A stretch of DNA of 64,000 bases from Paraspadella gotoi (GCA_051294375.1 CM119271.1:6294698-6358697), one strand, 5' to 3'. Positions 17,213 to 30,665 are shown, counted from the first letter of the stretch. Notes: generated from the letters alone by a model not told the origin. Program-made: numbers and translations.

Positions 17213-17519
17213 GAAAAGGTTAGTCCGAAAAAAAGGGACACAAATGATATCGGTAGCGGAGGCAAAGAAAGAAGAAAGACACTGGACAGTGGACACTCGA
17301 CAGTAGACCTCGCAATTTTTGAAAACTGTTCCCTTTACTTTTGAGAAAACCACTCGGACGGAAATGCTCGCATAATTTTTTCTCAACGTCGTTTCCAGTC
17401 AACATTCTCTCTATGCTTAATCTTCCAATAACCCAACCCTGTTTACCCAATTCTTTCATCTTTCTTTGCCCCCGCTACCAATATCATTTGTGTCCCTCTT
17501 TTTTTCGGCCTATCCTTTC
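17213..17519. mobile_element. Foldback/MITE-like element with ~67-bp diverged inverted arms
   Basis: 17213-17279 (CCGAAAAAAAGGGACACAAATGATATCGGTAGCGGAGGCAAAGAAAGA) is the reverse complement of 17452-17519 with several substitutions; spacer ~170 bp; no gap at the centre. Confidence 0.6.
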
Positions 17520-18009
17520 CTTTCTATTTTCTTCTTTGCGACTTCTCTTCGCTTCCTTTTATCTCTTCCACTTTTTACTTTTTCCTTATATATATGTATA
17601 AGTATAAGTATATAACTATATATATATATACAGTTGTTTACAAGCATTATTAAATTATCATTTCGTTCAATAAATAATCTATCTTGACTAGACCAATTTC
17701 AGCATCCCACAAGCTTCCAATATTTTAATTTTGCCTTCTATACTTACCGTACCTCCTTTCCTTCTCTCTTTTCTTTCCTCCTCCTCTTCCCCTTCCTCCT
17801 CCACTTCCTCCTTCTTTCCCATCTCCCTCTTCCTCCCTCCTCCCCTCTCAGCCCTTCTCTCTTTTCATTCTCCTCGCTCATCACTCATATCTCTATCTTC
17901 ATAACGCTCTACACTCCTCTCCTACTCTTCTCCTCTCCTCGCTGGCAGAAAAGAGGCAGTACAATATCCCTCCCTTTAATGCGAGGAAGGAGAAGAGAGA
18001 ATATGAAAG

Positions 18010-18317
18010 GAGAGAATAGGAGAAAGAAAGATGAAAAAAAAAAGAGAGACGAGAAGGAATAAAAAATTTAAGGGGGAAACCAGTATTGTGTCGCTTCGAA
18101 GAAGAGAAGACAATTTTTCGCTGGCGAGGTCGGTCGGTGGTTCCTTCCTGCCCCTCCAGTCGGCTCGTCCCAGCCTCTCCTTGGACAAGTGGAACCGCGC
18201 GGAAAACTCTACGGACACAACATTCCGGATCCAATAAGTTGAATGCATCTTCTACATTCTTGTAATTTACACTTTTATTAGATACAACGAGGCGTTCATA
18301 CTTATCTCTCATTCCTC

Positions 18318-18361
<44 letters not shown>

Positions 18362-18941
18362 TCCTCTCACCCCCCTATACTTCAACATGCTGTCCTTATC
18401 AACCAGTTTGTCCCGAAGCTTTCTCTCTCTCTCTCTTCTCTCTCTCCTCTCTCTCTCTCTCTCTCCTCTCCTCTCTCCTCTCTTCTTCTCCTCTCTTCTT
18501 CCCTCTCTTCTCCTCCACCACGCACGTATTGGTCCTCAACCGAAACACAATCGCCAAAAAGGCAATGAGACACAATCCTCCTTTTNNNNNNNNNNNNNNN
18601 NNNNNNNNNNAAGTCGGTCGTCCCCCAGCCTCTCCTTGGACGAAGGGAAGGCCGCGCGGAAAACTCACGGACACGAAATTCCGGGATCCAAAGAGTTGAA
18701 TGCGATCTTTCTACATCTTGGGTAAATTANNNNNNNNNNNNNNNNNNNNNNNNNAGAAGAGAAGAGAGGAAGAAGAGAGAGAGAGGTAGGAGAGGAGAGA
18801 GGAGAGAGAGAGGAGAGAGAGAGAGAGAGAGAAGAGAAAGCTTGGGACAAACTGGCTTGAGTATGGACGCAGTTTGAAGTATAGGGGTGAGGTGAAGAGA
18901 AGAGAGAGAGAGAGAGAGTAGAGAGAAGAGAGAGAGAGAGC

Positions 18942-18974
<33 letters not shown>

Positions 18975-19330
18975 AGAGATGAGAAGAGATAAGTATTGAA
19001 CGCGCTCGTTGATTATCCCGATAATAAAAAGTGTAAATTTTAACCCAAGATGTAGAAAAGATCGCATTCACTCTATTGGATCCCGGAATGTTCGTGTCCG
19101 TAGAGTTTTCCAGCGCAGGCTTCCACCTTGTCGTCCAAGGAGAGGCTAGGGGACGAACCGACTTGGCACGGGGGCAGGAAGGGAACCACCGAGACCGATC
19201 CTCCGGCCCCCGTAACGCGAAACAATTGTCTTCTCTTCTTTCGCATAAGCGAAGACACAATACTACTCGGTTTTCCACCCTTAAATTTTTTTTTTCCCGA
19301 TCTCGTCTCTGCTCTCTCCTCGTTCATGCA
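18010..19330. repeat. Inverted duplication (18010-18430 vs 18835-19330) with a third partial copy at 18611-18729
   Basis: Reverse-complement match, e.g. GGAAAACTCTACGGACAC / GTGTCCGTAGAGTTTTCC; 25-N gaps at 18586-18610 and 18730-18754. Confidence 0.9.
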
Positions 19331-21088
19331 TCTCTCTCTCTCTCTCTCACGATCACTCAGCCGGGGAAGTCCCACACGTCGTCTTCGTCTCTCTACTCTC
19401 CTCCACCAACGACGTTATTGGTCCTCAACGAAACACAATCACCCAAAGAGCTAATTGGACGGCAAATGAATGGCATTTGCCACTCTCCCTCTCTCTCTTT
19501 CTTTTTATCTCTCACTCCCTCTCTTTCCTCTCTCTCTCTCTGTGTCTAAAAAGACAGTAGGAAACAGAAAACAACGTGGGGAGAAAAAACAATTCATTTA
19601 CTTGGTTCCTCTTCTTAGTACATTATTAAGTATATATTACAATATTTTTACATCTACATAAACTTTTGAGGCGAACCGCTCTTTGGTAACGAGTTCTTTC
19701 TCTAGTTATACCGTAGTCACCCCTGTCTCCTAAGAAGAACTAATACTTTTACTCAAGATGAGTGCTTTTTTTAAATTTTCCCGCTTGACTCTTGAGATTA
19801 ATTTTATTGGTTCTTCAAGTGCCTCCTGCGAAGAGAGAGACAAAGAATGTTACTTACCGGTTACAGCATTAAATGAGCGCATTACAGTAGTATCGCTAAA
19901 AAAGGTGTAAACTAACAGGAATCGAAAGTTTTATGAAATTGGTATACATCCAATATTTTAGTTTTTGCTCGTGAATTTTTTAGAAAATCCAGGACTATGA
20001 AGAAAACTAATAATATTTACATTATATGTTAATATCGTTTTTGTTATTAATCCAAAAAAATAATATTTACATTAAACTTATATTTAAACGAGTTTTAGAC
20101 ATAAAAACTAATTATTAATTTATTTTATTGAATGATTTAATTTTAAACATTCGGTGGAAATGGAAGAAGAGAGAGTTTGAAGATTTCGACGACGAAAAAG
20201 AATTAATCGAAGAGAAGAGAAAAAAGTCGTGGGCGGGACAATGAATGGGGGAAACAACTAGTGGCCGCGCCGATACATTTGTAAATTGCTGTCAACACTT
20301 GTATAATAGTATTATTAAAGTATTAGCGTAAATTTTAAAATTAAAATATAATCTTATTATAATCAAAAACTATCTTTATTTTTTTAATTTTTCCATAAAA
20401 ATGATTAAAAATTTTAAATGAAATATAAAATAAAATTTTATTAAAATTTTAAAATTTATTTTATATTTTTTTAAACTTTAGATAAAATTGTTTTATTAAA
20501 ACATAATATATTTCATTAGTATAGTGAATTGCTAAACATTTACAAAAAAAAAGTCGAACAGGAAGAAAAGAATCAAAGTCGAGAAACTAAACTGAAAGAA
20601 AATTAGAAAAGTATTGGAATGGAAGTACCAGAGTATAAGATTAGCCGATGCTTCCTCGGAAAGTCGCGTTTGATTTTCGATCGACCACGCCTACTTTTAG
20701 TGACGTTTCCCCTTCGTCTCAAGCGATTCACTGCGTCGGTGATTATTATCTATCATTTATTTCGCTTACAACGTTTTTATTTTTTTTTATCCAAAGTAAG
20801 TAGCGTCAATTATCATTCTCTTTGAAAATCCTTGGGTTCGTGGCCTCAATTCATCTCGGAAAGGTTGCAGGATCGAATCCACGGACCGCATAAGAATTGA
20901 GGGAACGAGCGTGAGGGAAAAGGNNNNNNNNNNNNNNNNNNNNNNNNNNNNNNNNNNNNNNNNNNNNNNNNNNNNNNNNNNNNNNNNNNNNNNNNNNNNN
21001 NNNNNNNNNNNNNNNNNNNNNNNNNNNNNNNNNNNNNNNNNNNNNNNNNNNNNNNNNNNNNNNNNNNNNNNNNNNNNNNNNNNNNNNN

Positions 21089-21124
<36 letters not shown>

Positions 21125-22401
21125 ACCTCCGACTCCTTCCTCATTTATAATTCAGAAAAGAAACATTATTTTCGAATTTAGCCTTTTTTTTTCTTATGCA
21201 ATGTATTGAAAAACTTATAAAAGCTAAATCTTAAAAAATTAGAAAGCTTATTACTTAAAAAATAAGACGTATTTAAGAATATTTACTATAACAAATCACT
21301 CTCTCCGGCTTTTCTCACAAGTCACAAGTTGTCCGTGAGATTTAAAATTTTTAAATATTCCAAAGTGATGCGCAGCTGAAAAAAGAAAAGAAAGATTGGA
21401 GAAAAAGACTGAAGAGATTAAAGAGAGAGAAAGAGTCGGAATTCTTTTTTTTTCTTTCCGCGCCTTTGAATATCTCTTCCATTTATTTCTTCTAACTACG
21501 ACGTAGGTCCTACGTTTTCAATGAGGCTACCCTATTGTCAATTTACTCTTTCAACCCTCCCGTAATTATCATCTATTATTAAATGCTATCTACTTTATCT
21601 TAGGATTCAAGGCAAAGACCGAAACTGTTCTCGGGAGATTTAAGCTAAATATAAACGGAAACGCGCACCTGCGCTTTTTGAGGCAAAAAAAAACAACAAA
21701 AAAAACAAATGACGCCGTGGAGAAAAAAACAAAACAAAAAACTTAAAGCTAAAGAAATGGATGTAATGTTTTCTTTTAGAATATTAATACTTATCATCCC
21801 TTCTTTTCCTTGTAGTCCTAATTTCGACTCGGTTTTACTCCAAAAAATTGTGTTTTTTTCCCCATTTCTTCATTGTTCCCTATTTTTCTTCGCCCTCGTT
21901 ACTTGATACAGAGGTACAACAGTAAACAGTCAACGGGCCCTTGTGGTTAAACGCCGCTAACAACTCGAAATAGANNNNNNNNNNNNNNNNNNNNNNNNNN
22001 NNNNNNNNNNNNNNNNNNNNNNNNNNNNNNNNNNNNNNNNNNNNNNNNNNNNNNNNNNNNNNNNNNNNNNNNNNNNNNNNNNNNNNNNNNNNNNNNNNNN
22101 NNNNNNNNNNNNNNNNNNNNNNNNNNNNNNNNNNNNNNNNNNNNNNNNNNNNNNNNNNNNNNNNNNNNNNNNNNNNNNNNNNNNNNNNNNNNNNNNNNNN
22201 NNNNNNNNNNNNNNNNNNNNNNNNNNNNNNNNNNNNNNNNNNNNNNNNNNNNNNNNNNNTCTTTCACCTTCCGCCTTCTCCTTGTCCTTCATTCCTTGAT
22301 ATTTCTCTCACCTTCCGCCTTCTCTTTGTCCTTCATTCTTGATCTTTCTTTCACCTTCCCCCTTCTCCTTGTCCTTAATTCCTTGATCTTTCTCTCACCT
22401 T

Positions 22402-23699
22402 AAGATCAAGGAATGAAGGACAAGGAGAAGGCGGAAGGTGAAGTGAAAGAAAGATCAAGATCAAGATCAAGAAAGGTGAAGGGAAAGTAAAATAAAGATA
22501 AGAATGCGAAAGAAAGATAAAGGAAAAGAAGAAAGATAAAAAAAAGAAGGAAAAAGAGAAGGCGAAGGATTAAGAAAAAAAGGAAAAGGCGTACATAATT
22601 ATAATTAATTAGTACTTTTAGTCGTTTTTCCGATTTAACGACGAAAAAACAAACGAACTACTAAAAATAGAAGTCATGAATCAAGCAAACTAGGATGTGA
22701 AATTAGGAAAGGCGAAGCATATGAGATGTTATGAATGCTAAATATTTAATAAGGGTGGCTAGACTTTATCGTCCAAAACGCAGTCGAGATCCAAACCACC
22801 CAAGGGACCGGCGTAAATTTGCGACTTTGATAGCAAGACACGCATGCGGCGCATGCCACATTCTGCGCGGGGGACGCCGTGGAACAAAAAAAAAAATTTT
22901 AAATTTAGAAAAAATATGGAAATAAAGAAAGAAAGGAACGAATGTAGAGACGAAAGGCCGGAAGCGGGAAAGGGAAAAAAGTTGGNNNNNNNNNNNNNNN
23001 NNNNNNNNNNCTCTCTCTCTCTCTCTTCTTCTCTCATTCTCTGTACCCGCGCCTTTCTTTTTTTTTCGCTTCCTGATTACATCATCATCCCAACTTTTTT
23101 TCCCCTTTCCCTTCGGCCTTTTCGTCCTCTACAATTCGTTTCTTTTCTTTCTTTATTTCCATGATTTTTTTTTCTAAATTTAAATTTTTTTTTTTTTGTT
23201 CCACGCGTCCCCGCCAGCGAATGTGGCATGCGCCGCAATGGCGTGTCTTGCTATCAAAGTCGCAAATTTACGCCGGTCCTCTTGGGGTGGTTTGGGATCT
23301 TCGATCGGTTTTGGACGTTAAAGTCTAGCCACCCTTATTAAATATTTAGCATTCATCAACAATCTCATATGCTGTCGCCTTTCCTAATTCACATCCAGTT
23401 TGCTGTGATTCATCGACTTCCTATTTTTAGTAGTTCCGTTGTTGTGCTTTTTTTCGTCGTTAAATCGGAAAACGACTAAAAGTACTAATTAATTATAATT
23501 ATGTACGCCTTTCCTTTTTTTCTTCTTCTCTTCGCCCTCTTCTTTTTCCTTCTTTTTTTATCTTTCTTCTTTTCCTTTATCTTTCTTTTCGCATTCTTAT
23601 CTTTATTTTACTTTTCCCTTCACCTTTCTTGATCTTGATCTTGATCTTTCTTTTCACCTTCACCTTCCGCCTTCTCCTTGTCCTTCATTCCTTGATCTT
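22402..23699. repeat. ~600-bp inverted duplication (22402-22985 vs 23089-23699)
   Basis: Arms are reverse complements with scattered indels; 25-N gap at 22986-23010. In addition, 22260-22401 directly duplicates 23700-23841 (a ~40-bp minisatellite). Confidence 0.92.
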
Positions 23700-23838
23700 T
23701 CTTTCACCTTCCGCCTTCTCCTTGTCCTTCATTCCTTGATATTTCTCTCACCTTCCGCCTTCTCTTTGTCCTTCATTCTTGATCTTTCTTTCACCTTCCC
23801 CCTTCTCCTTGTCCTTAATTCCTTGATCTTTCTCTCAC

Positions 23839-23876
<38 letters not shown>

Positions 23877-24431
23877 TATAGCGTTGCGACATGATGCGTT
23901 CGAAGGTTTATGGCCACAATCGAGTCATAACGTCCCCTTTATAAGGTCAGCCTCTTCCTTGAGGCTCGAGTTCAATCAAGTGAAGTTCGAAAGAGTTTAT
24001 CGCGTCTCCAGTGGAGGTCATTGCAGAAACAACAACGACAACCATAACAACAATGGAGGCCATTGCGGGGACAACAACAACAATCTCAACAACAACAACG
24101 CCGATCACAAACTATTCTATTTTCGAGAATCAATTTTCCTGCCGCCAAGAAGGGTATATTTAATTTTTATTTTTAAGCATAATTTACGGGACGCTTAATG
24201 AAAAGTAATATGTTTAGCGATCAATAAACTACATTATTTACATTTGGCGTAAACAAAGTTGTAAACAAAGAAATTTGCTTAATAATCGCCAACTTCGCTG
24301 GAAAAATTGGCGCCCAAAGTCGTCGTCGTCGCTGTTGTTGTTGTTGTTATCGTTTTTGAGTTGTAGTAAACTTTGTATATGTCGAGCTCTCCGTCCTATG
24401 TCATTTCTATTTCTCTCTCTCTCTATCTCTA

Positions 24432-24520
<89 letters not shown>

Positions 24521-26230
24521 ACGTTAAAAAAAATAATCTCAAAACATGTAGGCTAGTTAAAATTCGAAAAAAACTAAAAACTATAGATGTTGATAGTAAA
24601 TTCTATTAAATAAAAAAGATTGCAAGAGTAATCATTTGATCGTGGGCAGCTCTGGCATTATTCAAGTGTATATTTAAAGGTAAAATTGCTGAAGAATACA
24701 TCTGGCTAAAAATTTATAACTGAGATTCCCGATAGAAAATATACTAGAATTTTCATTAAATTCTTAACCAACAGATTTGCCTGAAAGAAAAATGGGAGAG
24801 ATTTATTCGAAAATGGGAGAGATTTATTCGACCTCACTAAATCTTTCTCGCATCGATAATTCACCATCCTTCGGTGGCCTGGCTTCACCTTGGTTTAGTT
24901 TCACCCCAAGCCCGTCGAAACCCAAACTATGTCTCACAGCTGGAGTACTTTCCGACTTGAGTAACTGATTTGCAAGGGAAAAAAGGGGAATATATATACG
25001 TAACCCTGGATGTACGATCAAGGTTCGAACGTGATTCTTGAAGAAAAAAAATAAGGAGGAGGGTAAGAAAAAAAGAACAGAGGATAGATAGTGATAAGTG
25101 TACTGATAGTTGTGATAGATGAGGCCGAATCAACTCTGAAATGAAGACGAATGGGAGACAGAATGACAGCGAAGGTTTGGCTTTTACTTCTTTTCTGCGC
25201 ACTGTAATATATATATATTATTACATTATTATATTTTTTTTAATTTAAAATTATTTTGGAGAAAACGTAACGTATATTAAAATATAAAGACATGTAATAA
25301 ACATATATAATTAGTTATTACGTCAAACTTACGTAATGACGAATACGAAGAAAAAAACTTTTTTTTGATCAGAAATCCAAAAATCCGACTGCATGAAAAA
25401 TCTGAGTTGAAAAATGAAACGGGCAGATATGGAAAAATATCCAACAAAACTGATGACTCCGATAGAGAGAGAGGGAGAGAGAGAGAGAGAGAGAGAAAGG
25501 AGAGACGAGAGGGAGAGAGAGAGAGATGGAGAGAGAGAGAGAGAGAGAGAGAAACGAGAATGAGAGAAATACTTAGACGAGAAACAGTGAGGGGAGAGAG
25601 ATCGACGGACAGAGAGAAAAAAAAACAGAGAGAGAGACACGCAAGACATAGAAGGATAAGATAAGAGATGGAGAGCAAGAGGAAAATGACAATGAGAAGA
25701 CGAGAGAAGATAGAGCGAGGGACTGAAAGGCGGAAAAGAGTGGCACATTCGTGTTGGAGGTAAAGTAGAAAGAGGAGAAAGAAGAAGGAAGAGAGGAGGA
25801 GGAATGAGGGAAACGTGCCGCCTGAAGGAGAAGAGAAGAGGAGAGAGGAGGAGAGGAGAGGTTAAAAAACGTGACCAGGGAGCGAAATTGGTTGGGCAGC
25901 GAAAGAGGAGGAAAGACGAGGGAGAGAGAACTGGGAACATCGAGGAGGAAAGGAAAGGAGGAGAGATTTTCGAGGATATCAGGTAAAAAATTAAATGGGG
26001 GGGGGGAGAAAGGAAAGAATTACGGAGAAAGATTTTTTTTTTTTTTTTTTTTTAAGGAGAAAAAGATTAGGCGTAAAGAATTGGAGGAACAGAGCGGAGG
26101 AGTGGGAAAACCATAATGTGATTTTTTTTTTTTTTTTTTTTTTTTTTAGTTGATGAACTTTAGTCGAGAGTTTTGTTAACTTTATCTAAGTACCCGATGG
26201 ATACAGAACTGTACTCGGAGTTTATTAACT

Positions 26231-26711
26231 TTTTTAGCTGGATCTGCTGACAGCAGATTCCGGTTGTAAAATGCGCTTGGTTCGTCCGTCGGTCCCGCCC
26301 CGAAATCTTGTCGTAAGTCACTTAGATTAAGTCAGATCATCGAATTACGATAATATTCAAAAAATTCGATGTCCGTACGTCCATCAAATCCGTCCGTATG
26401 TCTGTCTGTCCTCCTTGAGCTTTTTAACGCCAATATACTCATAAGTGGATGGGGCGATTAACTTAGAATTTTGATGTGTGGGCAAAGAAGTGTGCCGATT
26501 CGTGAAATTGGTTTAAATGGAAAAAATAAAAAATCCGTTACACTTTTTATTTTGCTTTTTTTATTTTGAGACGGAGCAATGAAGGTTGAAAAACCTACTT
26601 ATAAAATATAAGAGTAAATTGTTTTAGATTTTACATTAATCATGTCTTATGATTTGATGCATACCGCTTAATGATTGTGGGTGGATCCGGCATTTTTGCT
26701 CAAAGTTGTTA
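26231..26711 (+). mobile_element. Helentron-associated (HINE/DINE-1-like) non-autonomous element (duplicate ~29211-29696)
   Basis: Starts in a T run with TTTTAGCTGGATCTGC and an adjacent inverted copy GCAGATTCCGG; internal (GTCC/GTCT)n microsatellite; 3' sub-terminal GTGGATCCGGC followed by the short hairpin TTTGCTCAAA and TTGTT. Confidence 0.65.
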
Positions 26712-26955
26712 CCCGATAGATAAGAATTCTTAATTTGCCTAAGTTCAAGTCATTAATAACTATTTAACTTTTCGTGAGAATCAAGCGAATCGACTCGAAT
26801 ATCAGTGTAATTAAAAATTTCAACGCGAGCCAATCATGCGATAGCCAGACTCTTATAGTCTGACTTCCGTTTCTTTAATTAGCTTTGCAATGTTAAAATG
26901 TTTTTAATGCTAAAAACTTCAATGGTCGAGCCGAAAAAATCCTTCGCGCTACATA

Positions 26956-27514
26956 CTATCTAGGAAAAAAAGTATATGACAAAAGATATCTACTTCGAAA
27001 ACTTATTTAATTTCTAAAAAAATTAGAAACGTTTCCGAATTATATATTGAATTTCCTTTCAGTAGCTTCCTTTCTTTTTTGTAGGTCGAATCGTTTAGAA
27101 GTTACAGGCAAAACAAAATATGTCACTTCCAAATGAAAAATGGCGGAAAAAAATGTATTATAATTCCACCATTAGTATTTTTAGTTATTTATTTTTATTT
27201 TAAATATAGTTTAGTTATTTAATATTTTTTTTTAATTAGCAATGCTAAAGGCCTTGCTGTCAAAGAAAGTTATATTATTAGCTCTCAGAAGAGAGAAGAT
27301 GCACAAACATTAATATCGGGCTGCCACAGAATTACGTAAAGATGTGAAAAAACAATTCACTCTCATACCTGAATTGCTGTATAAGAGCATACCCAGACAA
27401 AGCAGGCAGTAGTTGATACCGAGGAAGGGTTATACCAAATATTGAGATAATCATCTGTTTATATACTTTTATTGAATAAATGGCAATTATTCATATACTT
27501 TTTTTCCTAGATAG
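26956..27514 (+). mobile_element. Internally deleted Tc1/mariner-superfamily element with transposase C-terminal remnant
   Basis: 24-bp TIRs CTATCTAGGAAAAAAAGTATATGA / TCATATACTTTTTTTCCTAGATAG flanked by TA on both sides. The consensus of the two copies reads ...LIPELLYKSIPRQxQAVVDTEEGYTKY*, matching the Tc1-type ending LIDSMPRRCQAVIDANGYATKY*. Confidence 0.85.
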
Positions 27515-29095
27515 TATTTCATCGCTATATTTAAACAAAGTTGGAGAAAACGTGGATCGATTGCGAGAAAGAAAGGATCGAAAGAAAGAAGGAAGAGAAG
27601 AAGGATAGGAGTGCGTGAGAAGAAAGAGACAGCGAAAGGAAGAAAGGAAGAAAGAAAGCGATCGATTCGAGAAAGAAAGGAGCGAAAGGAGAAAGGAAGA
27701 CAACAACTATCGTCAAAAACGCGTTTAAAGATTGAATAGGAACCGAGAAGTGAACGGACGAATGAATAAGTAATAAAGTAATTAACAGAAGCGATGCATT
27801 TATTAATTAGTTAAAATAGTCAAAGAAAAGAAATTTACATGGGATATAGCATTGTGGAGATGTGAAAATACAACTGACGGTTGGACAAACGACAAGAAAA
27901 TTGAAACTTGAGGGATGTGAAGATATCGGACAAGAAGAATTGAACACGGAAGGAGGAAAATCAGGCCAAGAGCACAGAGGATGAAGAGGAGATGAGACTG
28001 AAGAGAGACGAGAGAGAAGAGAGAGAGAGAGAGAGAGAAGAATGAGTAGAGAGAGAGAGAGAGAGAGAGGATGACAATTTAAAAGACGAATAAAAAATGG
28101 AGGAAGGATTTCATGTTGCCAGACCGGAAACTGTGGAGACTAATAGGGAGGGAGCGAGTGGAGAGGCTAGAGATGAAGGGCTGGGAATGGGAACGGTGAC
28201 TAGAGGATGGAGGAGGAGGAGGAAGGAGGAGGAGGGAGAGGGAGGAGAGGATGAGGAGAGAAGGGAAAGCAGGAAAGAGTCGTAGTTGAAAAAAAGGATT
28301 AAAGGGCTATAGCAAGGGGAAAAGGATATGAAGTGGAAAGGGGGAGAGAGCGAGAGAAAGGTAGAAACTGCGGACTTGGATTGAAGAAGGGCAGAGAGGG
28401 ATTGAAGATTAAGTGCAGAGGTGGACTCGGGTAAAGGGGCTAGATAAGGAAGTTGAAAATTAAGGCTGATGTTGGAACGAGATAAGGGACGCGGATTGAG
28501 ATTAACTGCTGAGGTGGAAACTATGGAAGAAAGGGACCGGGGATTGAGATTAAGGGCTGAGATGGAACCGCGGACGAAAGGACGGAAGGACTTAGGCTGA
28601 GGTAGGAGAAACTGGGAACAAGGGCTGAGGGAGAACGGGAAGAAANNNNNNNNNNNNNNNNNNNNNNNNNAGAGAGAGAGAGAGATAGAGCGAGGGACTG
28701 AAAGGCGGAAAAGAGTGGCACATTCGTGTTGGAGGAAAGTAGAAGAGGAGAAAGAAGAAGGAGGAAGAGGAGGAGGAATGGAGGGAAACGGTGCCGCCTG
28801 AAGGAGGAAGAAGAAGGAGGAGGAGGAGGAGGAGGAAGGTTAAAAAACGTGACCAGGGAAGGAAATGTGGTTGGCAGCGAAAGAGGAGGAAGACGAGGGA
28901 GAGAGAACTGGAGAACATCGAGGAAGAAAGGAAAGGAGGAGAGATTTCGAGGAATATCAGGTAAAAAAAAAATGGGGGGGGGGAGAAAGGAAAGAATTAC
29001 GGAGAAAGATTTTTTTTTTTTTTTTTTTTTTTAAGGGAGAAAAAGATTAGGCGTAAAGAATGGAGGAACAGAGCGAGAGTGGGAAAACATAATGT

Positions 29096-29126
<31 letters not shown>

Positions 29127-29931
29127 GTTGATGAACTTTAGTCGAGAGTTTTGTTAACTTTTTATCTAAGTACCCGATGGATAAGAACTGTACTCGGGAG
29201 TTTAGTTAACTTTTTTAGCTGGATCTGCTGACAGCAGATTCCGGTTGTAAAATGCGCTTGGTTCGTCCGTCGGTCCCGCCCCGAAATCTTGTCGGTAAGT
29301 CACTTAGATTAAGTCAGATCATCGAATTACGATAAATTATTCAAAAAAATCGATGTCCGTACGTCCATCAATCCGTCCGTATGTCTGTCTGTCCTCCTTA
29401 GCTTTTAACGCCAATTACTCATAAGTGGATGGGGCGATTAACTTAAAATTTTGTGTGTGGGCAAAGAAGTGTGCGATTCGTGGAAATTGGTTTAAATGGA
29501 AAAAATAAAAATCCCGTTACACTTTTATATTTTGCTTTTTTTATTTTGAGACGGAGGCAATGAAGGTTGAAAAACTACTTATTATAAATATTAAGAGTAA
29601 ATTGTTTTAGATTTTACAATTAATCATGTCTTATGATTTGATGCATACCGCTTAATGATTGTGGGTGGATCCGGCATTGTTTGCTCAAAGTTGTTACCGA
29701 TAGATAAGAATTCTTAATTTTGCCTAAGTTCAGTCATTAATAACTATTTAACTTTTCGTGAGAATCAAGCGATCGACTCGAATATCAGTGTAATTAAAAA
29801 TCAAGCGAGCAATCAGCGATAGCAAGACTCTTATAGTCTGACTTCCGTTTCTTTAATTAGCTTTGCAATGTAAAATGTTTTTAATGTAAAAACTTCAATG
29901 GTCGAAGCGATAAAAATCCTTCGCGCTAATA

Positions 29932-30494
29932 CTATCTAGGAAAAAAGTATATGACAAAAGATATCTACTCGAAAACTTATTTAATTTAAAAAAAATTAGA
30001 ACGTTTCCGAATATATATTGAATTTCCTTTCAGTAGCTTCCTTCTATTTTTTTGTAGGTCGAATCGTTTAGAAGTTACAGGCAAAAAAATATTGTTACTT
30101 CAAATGAAAAATGGCGGAAAAAAATGTATTTAATTTTCCACCATTTTTAGTATTTAGTTATTTATTTTTATTTTAAATATAGTTAGTTATTTTTTAATAT
30201 TTTTTTTAATTTAGCAATGCTAAAGGCCTTGCTGGTTCAAAAAAGTATTATTATAGCTCTCAGAAAAGAGGGAAAGATGCACAACATTAATATCGGGGCT
30301 GCACAGAATTACGTTAAAGATGTGAAAAAACATTTCACTCTCATACCTGAATTTGCTGTATAAGAGCATACCCAGACAAAGGCAGGCAGTAGTTGATACC
30401 GAGGAAGGGTATACCAAATATTGAGAATATCATCATGTTTTATATACTTTTATTGAATAAATGAATTATTTCATATACTTTTTTTCCTAGATAG
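29932..30494 (+). mobile_element. Second copy of the Tc1/mariner derivative, inside the 3-kb duplication
   Basis: Same TIRs, TA flanks and neighbouring sequence as 26956-27514. Confidence 0.8.
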
Positions 30495-30532
30495 TATTTC
30501 ACGCTAATATTTAACAAAGGTTTGGAAACGTG

Positions 30533-30665
30533 GATCGATTGCGAGAAAGAAAGGAGCGAAAGAAAGAAAGGAGAGAAAGAAAGGATCGATTGCGAGAAAG
30601 AAAGGAGCGAAAGAAAGAAAGGAGAGAAAGAAAGGATCGATTGCGAGAAAGAAAGGAGCGAAAGA
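30533..30665 (+). repeat. 51-bp tandem repeat, about 2.6 units
   Basis: GGATCGATTGCGAGAAAGAAAGGAGCGAAAGAAAGAAAGGAGAGAAAGAAA repeated. Confidence 0.85.

Noticed and set aside
20860-20885. tRNA B-box-like GGATCGAATCC
   Set aside because: Isolated motif next to a gap, with no A box or cloverleaf.
22402-23699. Giant hairpin / foldback transposon
   Set aside because: Centred on a 25-N gap, with arms differing by read-error-like indels.
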